From: Octopus vulgaris
Lineage: Eukaryota
Length of the DNA stretch: 64,000 nt
Reading direction: 5' to 3'
Assembly (NCBI GenBank): GCA_951406725.2
Contig: OX597823.1
Location: 111,786,001-111,850,000, forward strand
Shown here: one piece after another, positions 54,343 through 64,000 of the stretch
Layout of the letters: the number at the start of each line of letters is the position of its first letter
Position numbering within the stretch: position 1 is the first letter of the stretch
Position numbers and translations under genes: made by a program
Notes under the pieces: model-generated
What the model saw: the letters and a program-made list of their open reading frames with translations, nothing else
What the model was told of the DNA's origin: nothing
Databases searched by the model: none

Positions 54343-54868
54343 GAAATCTAGTTGCTCAATGCCATAATAGAGGGAAAACAAGGACTTCAAAATGTTGATA
54401 ATCCTCACAAGACAACCATATTGCCTCAGAGTTATGTATCACAGCAGGAGAAGAGAAAAAATAAATCAGATTGAAGGGGCACGATTCAAGTTATCATCCA
54501 TATCATGGAAAAGGTCAGTTGAGGGCATTCTGTTCTGAAGAAAAGAAAACATACACAAAAACAATACTAGTTAATTATAGGAGAGGTGGTACCAATAATT
54601 GGTCCCTGGGGTGAAAACTATAACTATCAGCACCACTTTTGCCATTGTTTCTGCAGCATTTTTGATTATAGCTATCACGACAGCTGTAATAGAAGCAAAG
54701 ATAAGCCACCAGTATGAGAAGCAGATCCAGTAGGGTACAGAGAAACAGAACATTCACCTCCTTCGACACAGAGGGGACTACAGGTTTCCAACAACAGTTC
54801 CACCTATTATCTTATGGTGATGGTGAGGCAATGGACTGGAGAAGGGTGGCAAACTATTTCAGAGAAAG

Positions 54869-55033
<165 letters not shown>

Positions 55034-55377
55034 AAATGCCCTGATGCAGTACCAGACAGTGGCTCTCATGGCTTCTGATCTTGACTGATTGGAAGTGTTA
55101 TCATGTACATTGTTTTGTCTTGGTATAAAAGATGGGCTACAGCAAATATTCTGCTCAATACCACAGATTTGCTTGTCAGTTGTTTGACGTTAACCAGTTG
55201 GGCATGTCCCTTAGTGGCTGACGATATGTGCATTGCTTATCATGAGCAGAAGTAGTGGGAGAGCATTACAGTCATGTGTTGAGAGGAATTCTGTGAGGCT
55301 TGGATAATTCATTTTTGGAAACATGGGTGTTTTGTTCAATATCTTTAAGCAACCCTTATTCAGGGACCTTTTGAGCA
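55034..55377 (-). mobile_element. Unclassified retroposon-like segment ending in the (ATT/ATC)n tract
   Basis: A more GC-rich block abutting a trinucleotide tail; single copy in this window. Confidence 0.3.
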
Positions 55378-55499
55378 AAGTTTCTACTGCTGGATGCCCT
55401 TCCAAATGCCAACCACTCTGCGAGTGTAGTGGGTGCTTTTACATGCCAGTCAGGTGGTATGTATATATACATGTGTATATATGTGTGTGTGTGTGTATT

Positions 55500-55547
<48 letters not shown>

Positions 55548-55993
55548 TATTTATATATATATGTATGTATTTATATATATACACACACATATATAAATTA
55601 CATTTCAAACAACAGTTATTAGTGGTAACACATTTATATTTTATGAGATATATTTCTTCAAAAATTGATAGACAAACCTTCTGTATATATATATATATAT
55701 ATATATATTAGCTATACATCCCAGACAATTTACACCCATTACAACTCATTAGAGAATTTTCTAGACCAGCTAAACTGAACATCAGATGCAACATAAAACA
55801 TTATTTTAGTGTAATATATAAAATACTTCACTGAATTGAGTTTTTTAATGTTTTAATTTGTTTTTGTGTTTTTGTTGTTGATGTAGAGTTTATTACATAT
55901 ACATTTTTGTTATACTTGTATAATTTGAGAATTACATGCTTATTCAAATATCTATGCAATTTATAAATATGTGTCTGTGTGTGTGTACAGACA

Positions 55994-56039
<46 letters not shown>

Positions 56040-56053
56040 TATACATTTCTATT

Positions 56054-56114
<61 letters not shown>

Positions 56115-56994
56115 CATATATACATATATATATATATATTATATATATGATATATATATATATGTATCTATATATATATATATACACACACACGTATGCA
56201 TGTATAAACATATACATTTATATAAATATATGCAAATGTATATTGCAAGCAAGTGACTAAAAGAAAAAGAACAAGACCATAAAAACAACAATTTAAATTG
56301 CTTGAAATGTAAATAAAAAAATATAAAGAAACTGCCAAACTGTCAAATATGACGATGTTTAATTGGAATGAATAAAATTATATACTTACCATCTCAATGA
56401 ATAACTTAACATTCTGTCTTCTGTTGGAGTAGAATTACAGATGTCCATTCTATCGAATAAATTGGTGTTGAAGCTCTAAAACGTTCTCATAAATGAAATC
56501 ATGTAAGCTATCAAATGTCATTACATCACAAAACAGCTAGAGAAAATGTTCTTGCTAGTTGCTTGACCTGTCATTGTTAATATGGTGTTATAGTATATGA
56601 CACAGCTTATCACCATGTACTGACAGAAAGCATACTTTATTTTCAGACTCGATGGACTGTCCACTGTGTTAAAATTGATGTCTTTCTTTTTCATTTTTGT
56701 TCCTTTTGTATATGTAAAATATGTTTTTGAGTTACCCTTCGTTCAGCATATGTTCATTGAGGGGTTATATTCCAAGTTCTATTCCAAAACCTTATTCACT
56801 TTGTCAAGCCGAAGTGGTCTCTGTTACATAAATTGTAGATGACATCATTTATAAGACTGTTGGAATCATGGGCAGAGTTCAACGTTAGCAATTTCAATAA
56901 TAGCCAATTTCAAAATCATTTTTCAAAGCCAATCATCAGAAGGTTTAAAATTCAAATCTTGAGTTTAATTAATCACATAAACACAGAATATATT

Positions 56995-57325
56995 ATGGAG
57001 ATGTACTTGCATAGCAAGTGACCTGATCTGAGATTGTGTGCTGGAACGAAAACAATTGCAGCATGGAAGGTGTTTATAAGCCATTTAAGAAACACACAAA
57101 AACCGTTAGATTCACTTCAACATTTAAATTTAATTTGTCAATATATTTTCGTGGCTTTGAGACCGCGACCTCTTTACTGACAAAACTTCGTGTTGCATCT
57201 GTCAGTGAACAGGTCGCGGTCTCAAAGTGATGAAAATATTTTGACAAATTAAATTTAAATGTTGAAGTGAATCTAATGGTTTTTGTGTGTTTCTTAAATG
57301 GCTTATAAACACCTTCTACGCTTCA
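56995..57325 (-). mobile_element. Penelope-type element: terminal repeat plus an inverted partial copy
   Basis: Arms 57056-57182 and 57200-57326 (127 bp each), 17-nt spacer, about 60-nt extra tail on the left arm. Flanking direct repeat ACAGAATATATT at 56983-56994 and 57326-57337. Confidence 0.75.
57200..57246 (+). ncRNA. Minimal hammerhead-like motif with core GUGAACA (G3:C8 swap)
   Basis: UGUCA-GUGAACA-G-GUCGC(GGUCUCAAA)GUGAU-GAAA-AUAU-UU-UGACA. Confidence 0.55.
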
Positions 57326-57599
57326 ACAGAATATATTCTCTTCCTTTCTCAATTTTCAAAAACATTTATGTCAGTTTTGTATTTGAACTGTATGCTAGTA
57401 TTGAACAAGGAAGAAATCTGATTTGGAAGCTGAAGAGGGCTTATTAAATGATTATATAGTCTGTTTTGATCTTTCATTGTTCTCTCTACTGATTACTGGT
57501 ATTACAATAGATTTGTTGATTGTCCTACAATAATTTTCAAAGTTTTTTCATAGATGGTATTTGTTCAAGTTTTCGTAAAGAATTACTTATGAGCAGTGA

Positions 57600-57830
57600 C
57601 TGCTTTGTGACCGCTTTAAAACAGCATTTTACTACTTGGTCTGTTTCTTTGATATATATTTAGTATTGGTTGGCTTCTTGAGACAAGCCTTCGCAACTTC
57701 AGACTTTGTCATCATTGGTTTTCCTCTTCTATTAAGACCTTCTACTTGAAACTACTAACATTTCTTCACTCATCTGTTATTATCCATAAGCATTACATGT
57801 CCATACATTACTGTCATTCCTCTTACATAT
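57600..57830 (-). mobile_element. Old RTE LINE C-terminal fragment
   Basis: MYGHVMLMDNNR*VKKC**FQVEGLNRRGKP resembles WYGHVxRM...G.R.RGRP. Confidence 0.55.
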
Positions 57831-57837
57831 TACAAAT

Positions 57838-58402
57838 GATTCCTTGACCTGTGAAGACAAGCTGAGGCAAGTAAAATCAAAATCAGAATCAAAATCATTT
57901 CGATGACTGGCATCCATGCTAGTGGGGTGCAAAGAGCACCATATGAGTGTGATTGTTGACAGAGCAGCATTTTGAGTATGATCGTTACCAGCGTCACCTT
58001 ACTGGCACTTATGCCTGTGATAGTTGGGTGCCAAGAGCACCATCCAAGCATGATCGTTGCCAGAGCAGCCAACTGGCTTCCGTACCCGTGGCATGTAAAA
58101 GGGCACCATTCGAGCATGGTCGTTATCAGCACCACCTTACTGGCACCTGTGCCGGTGGCACGCGTAAAAAGATTTGAGTGAGGTCATTGCCAGTACCACC
58201 TGACTGGCCCCCATGCCGATGGCACGTAAAAAGTACTTACTACACTTTCGGAGTGGTTGGCGTTAGGAAGAGCATCCAGCTGTAGAAACTCTGCCAGATC
58301 AAGATTGGAGCCTGGTGCAACCATCTGGTTTGCCAGCCCTCAGTCAAAATCGTCCAACCCATGCTAGCATGGAAAGCGGACGTTAATCGATGATGATGAT
58401 GA
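57838..58402 (+). mobile_element. RTE LINE 3' UTR copy (long)
   Basis: Collinear with 29960-30362 and 18312-18680; ends in (GAT)n. Confidence 0.88.
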
Positions 58403-58429
58403 GAATTATTTTCTCAGCTCATGTGTACC

Positions 58430-59150
58430 TCACCATTCATGTGCAGTAATATTACTTGTCTATCAGACCAAATTTATTCTCATGGTTTTTCTCTTCAATG
58501 GCTATAATTAAAGATTCAGTCTTTCATTTTAGGTTTCGATCTATCAGCCATAACCAGCATCCTTTACTCTCTGTTTGTTGCATAAATTAATCATGCACTT
58601 CCTTCTCTTTCCAGCATTTTGTCCAGTTGTTCTTCCTTCTGTCCAAATATGGACTCAGTCTTTCAGTAACTTCTTGAATATTTCTAACAGCAGATAGTAT
58701 TATTTCTTATACTATGTACAACATAGTTTTAGGAATCCAAAATCACAGTATTATGGTGTGTTTGCCTTCTTTTCTTGGCTAGTGGAGGCTGTTGGTATTA
58801 CTTTTAGAGTGTTACATATTGTATATTGTGAACAACTTCCTGGTACTTAAATCTAATCCATTTTAGAAAAGGAGTATCGTTATACTAGCATGGCTCTTGT
58901 ATTCATTGCATTGACAATATTTAGTTTTATTTTAAGCATCTTCCTGACACTTCGCTTGTACAGTTTGGAGATGTATCCATTTCTCTTTGCATTACCTTAT
59001 TGCCTGGCAATATAGGGACTTATATCTCTATTTTCCACAAATTTAGTGACATCATCTTGTAATTTTATATTATCGGTTATAATTTCTAAGCATATTCTTC
59101 ATTTGCCATCCTGTTCTAAAACTGGGATTTAAAAACTTCTTGTGGATGCT
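58430..59150 (-). mobile_element. Highly decayed R4/Dong-type LINE (post-RT region)
   Basis: YKRSVRKMLKIKLNIVNAMNTRA..RYS, TRKLFT...HSKSNT, and WKEKEVH..FMQQT...WLWL...LK.KTESLIIA occur in the expected order. Confidence 0.65.
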
Positions 59151-60061
59151 CACCTATGACATCTTGCACATATTACTTGCGAATGTGGTTATTATGTAAG
59201 TTATGGCTGTCTTGAAACAGCTGTCGAGATAAAATTTTACATAATTCTACTTTTCTGTCCGCTTTTTTCAGTATTTTGTAATCTGTATGTCATACTCCTG
59301 ACTCTGTTTATCTACGTAACTGCCTCCATAACAGAACCATAAAAATTGGTTTCATAGCTGATTTTCGATGCCAAAATTTGGCCCTGGATGAAGAAGTTAA
59401 AGTTTAAGTTTCCATCCATTTGAGTACCACTTTGTGTTATTTTACTTTCACCTACTCAATCTCTCTCTCTATCTCTATCTCAGCATATACACAGACACAC
59501 ATACATATGTTCATACATAGATGTAGATATAAATATTTACATACATATGTATATACATAATTATGGAAATATTCTAAAGCATTTCTTGAACATTTTTCAA
59601 TATTATTTGAAATTATGGTATATCTTGTGCTACTGGAATGATGCGATGTGTTAATGGTTTACTTTCTTTGTAAATATAAATATAAATAAAAAAGACTTTC
59701 ATTCCCAAGCTGACAAAAAAGGGAAAAAAATTATATTACACACACATACACACATACACACACGTGTGTGTGTGTGTGAATGAGTTTACACACATATACA
59801 TGTGTATATATGTTTTTATGTACTTAGAAAAGAAATTGTAAATGAAATGAAAATAAGCAGTAATGAAGCTTTCTTTTTAAAGAAAATGTATAAGTATACA
59901 CTCACAAATATACATATATGTATATATAAATACATATATTATAGAATTATATAAAAAATATATAATCTGCTTGATATGTATATAAAAGCGTATATATCTT
60001 TGTTTTATATGTCTGTATGTGTGCGTATTTGTGAATGTATACACAACATATTCACTTGTGC

Positions 60062-60104
<43 letters not shown>

Positions 60105-60668
60105 GTATAAATGTGAAAACTAAATTTATTTTATTTATTTTCTTTACAGATTTACTTTTAACCAACAATTTTTTCCTACACCACCATCCTCACAAACCAG
60201 CGCCTTATTTCTTCTGACACACCCCAGTAGCACCACCAACATCACCATGAGCATCATCGCGGCAACCACTACCCCCTACTACCCATTCCCACCCATTACA
60301 GTCTTTGTTTGTGATATTTCACTATATCTTCTCTTCATGCTGTGATTCACAACAAATGAATTTTGCCGACAAGCGCTTTCCCTACCTGAGAAGTAAAGAA
60401 TCTTGATTTGAAAATCTCTTTTACCCTGGAGACATTGAACCATTAAAACTGGAATAGTATTTTCTTACACCTCTTCTCCTGGCTTAGCAGAAAAAAGTAA
60501 TAATAATAAAAATCAAAGAATTCAAAACACTTCTTGGAGACTTATAATATATATCATAGATAATTCTGAAAACCATACACATACACACTGGCACACATGC
60601 CTAAACACACACATATATTTACATATTACATACACATATATATATATCTTGTTATATATAATTTATAT

Positions 60669-60707
<39 letters not shown>

Positions 60708-60759
60708 TGTGTATATATATATATTATTTATTTTCTTTACAGATTTACTTTTAACCAAC

Positions 60760-60801
<42 letters not shown>

Positions 60802-60863
60802 GCACATATGCATTCATACATAAGCATATAAAGATATATATATATAATGTATATGTATATAAG

Positions 60864-60906
<43 letters not shown>

Positions 60907-61403
60907 TTATGTATATCTATTCATACACATATATGTGTGTGCATGTATAGAAACATACACACATACAAATGCATACAAGCATACACATATGTATATATTT
61001 TCCCAAAATTATTTTTTATTTTGATTTCAGTAATATTTTGTTTCCTTTTCTCTTTGATTTTATTTTATTTATATATTTTTATCTTGTTCTTTTTTTTTTA
61101 GTAATTTTATTAGATTTTTCTTTGTTACATATGGCATCCCCTAGTAGAGATATGAAGAAAATTTCAACATAGATTTACCTTTTCCATATTTCAGGAAGTT
61201 GCCGTAAGTAAGAATGGTAAGTAATGGCTTTGAATATGGAAAAGCCTCTTTTACACTGGTACATTTATATCTCTTCATACACATACATCCACATATATAC
61301 ACTTGCACACCTGGCAGCCTGTATGCACACTCTTGCATGTACATACACCTATATATTCCCCTTCATACATATGTATGCAACATACATTTATGTACATATG
61401 TAT

Positions 61404-61792
<389 letters not shown>

Positions 61793-62443
61793 TCCATCAA
61801 AATTTACATTAATTTTTTTTATGTAGTTTGTGTATGTGTGTGTTCAGAAATAAGAAGAGGAAGAAGATAAATATAAAAAAATAATGAAATATGAATCTGA
61901 GAGGGAAAAAAAATAATACAATTATATTATATACAAGATTTAATTCATATTGCAAAGAAAAGGTAAAAAAAAAAATGAAAAAATTACTTAAAAGGAAAAG
62001 AAAAAAATATTATACAAAATAAAAGTAAAATAATATATTTTCTATTTTCCATCATTGTAATTGCTTTCTTGGTTTGTGTTATTATTAGTAGAAGGAAAAT
62101 ATATATTCCTTTTCTTGCAGGAATAACCATTTTGAAAACAGAATTATTATTATCATTATTTATTTGTTTGTATTTATTATTTTTTTTTTTAGACTATCCT
62201 GATAATGAATTGAGAAATGTGTGAATCATATATTAGTTATTACTGAAGTTCTTTGTTAATTACTACTTTTTAGTCAAAAAATTCTTAATGTCAAAATATA
62301 TGATATTAAATCCATAATGTCAAAGAAAAGATATGCTCTGAAATATATATATATATATATAGTGTGTGTTTGTGTGTGTGTGAGCCTAGCGATTGTTCAG
62401 AGCTCTACATCAAAAAATGCGGACTCACCTTTATAAGACAGAG

Positions 62444-62487
<44 letters not shown>

Positions 62488-62750
62488 TAGATAGATAGAT
62501 AGACAGCATTCTACAAGTGATTGAGGTTACATTTCTTGAAATTATATTGTGCTTAGTTAGCCTGACACCCACATCTCTTACAACCATCCATAGAACTTAG
62601 AGTTATTTAAGCTCATTTATTCATATGATCATTATAAAACTATATGTATATCGATCTATCTGTCCATCCATCCATCCATCCATCCATCCATCTGTCTATC
62701 TGTCTGTCCATCCATCTGTCTGTCTGCCTGTTTGTCTATCTGTCTGTATG

Positions 62751-62823
<73 letters not shown>

Positions 62824-62856
62824 TCCTATATATGAGTTTATATATATATATGAAGT

Positions 62857-63417
62857 AGAGGCACAATGGCCCAGTGGTTAGGGCAGCGGACTCACGGCTG
62901 TAGGATCGTGGTTTCGCTTCCCAGACTAGGCTTTGTGAGTGTTTATTGAGTGAAAACAGCTAAATCTCCCCGTGGCTCTGGCAGGGGGTGGTTTGCGAAC
63001 CCTGCTACTCTTTAATCCCAACTTCCTCTCACTCTTTCTTTCTGTTTCTGCTGTACCTGTATTTCAAAGGGCCAGCCTTGGCACACTCTGTATCATGCTG
63101 AATCTCTCCAAGAACTACATTAAGGGTACACGTGTCTGTGGAGTGCTCAGCCACTTACACGTTAATTTCACGAGCAGGCTGTTCCCTTGATCGGATCAAC
63201 CGGAACCCTCGTCGTCGTAACCGATGGAGTGCTTCCTTCCTTAATTTCAAAGGGCCAGCCTTGGCATACTCTGTATCATGCTGAATCTCTCCAAGAACTA
63301 CATTAAGGGTACACGTGTCTGTGGAGTGCTCAGCCAGTTGCACGTTAATTTCACAAGCAGGATGCTCTGTTGATTGGATTAACTGGAACCCTCGTCTTCG
63401 TAACCGATGGAGTGCCA
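62857..63417 (+). mobile_element. SINE family D with a duplicated 3' half
   Basis: tRNA-like head; units at 63061-63233 and 63244-63416. Confidence 0.88.
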
Positions 63418-63431
63418 ACAGTATATATATG

Positions 63432-63672
63432 TGTTGGCACATAAAAAGCACCAACTGATCGTCGCTGCTGCCAGCCTCCCCTGGCACCTGTGCTGGTGGC
63501 ATGTAAAAAGTACCCACTACACTCACGGAGTGGTTGGCCTTAGGAAGGGCATCCAGCTGTAGAAACACTGCCAGATTAGACTGGAGTCTGGTGCAGCCTC
63601 ATAGCTTCCCAAACCCCGGTCGAACCATCCAACCCATGCTAGCAGGGAAAACGGACGATAAATGATGATGAT
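63432..63672 (+). mobile_element. RTE LINE 3' UTR copy; a short inverted copy follows at 63688-63741
   Basis: GGAGTGGTTGGCCTTAGGAAGGGCATCCAGCTGTAGAAAC...(GAT)n. Confidence 0.85.
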
Positions 63673-63957
63673 ATATATATATATATGCATCGTCATCATT
63701 TAACATCTGCTTTCCATGCTGGCATGGGTTGGAAGGTCTAACACAAAGCTTTAACATTGAACTATGCTAACCACATCAAACTATGGCAAATTTGCCAAAA
63801 GTTTCACACTCATCTAGATTTAGGAACCGAAACAGCAACACATCAGAAAATAAATCCAAAAATATGAAATAGGAACAATTAATTTTAATGGAAATATGCA
63901 AAAACAGTTAGTAAATCTGATCCTTTTATATTTACTTTGGGTGTGTGTTTGCATGTA

Positions 63958-63990
<33 letters not shown>

Positions 63991-64000
63991 GGGAAGGGGG

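Noticed and set aside
56480-56800. Faint piggyBac- or Harbinger-like peptide words on the minus strand (YNPSMNIC, FCQYM)
   Set aside because: Too short and inconsistent in spacing to support a call.

Overview
This is AT-rich eukaryotic, mostly non-coding DNA (intronic or intergenic), full of microsatellites ((TA)n, (GATA)n, (TAA)n, (GAT)n, (CA)n) and interspersed repeats. The repeat families look like those of an octopus genome; that is my inference, not a database result. There is no intact gene. Nearly all ORF-track entries are microsatellite or SINE translations. One credible host exon lies at 102-377 (-). Repeats I can support: four tRNA-type SINE families (many with clear target-site duplications), RTE LINE fragments with an abundant RTE 3' UTR, two R4/Dong-type LINE fossils, two Penelope-like (RT/GIY-YIG) fossils, Tc1 fossils, piggyBac and hAT MITEs, and a non-autonomous Helitron. 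The most notable signal is a set of minimal type-I hammerhead ribozyme motifs from about six unrelated short Penelope-type terminal-repeat families. Several have non-canonical catalytic cores, including a candidate G3:C8 base-pair-swapped hammerhead inside an inverted repeat with 127-bp arms at 57056-57326. All structures were folded by eye and none is shown to be active. Ends of degenerate elements are approximate.
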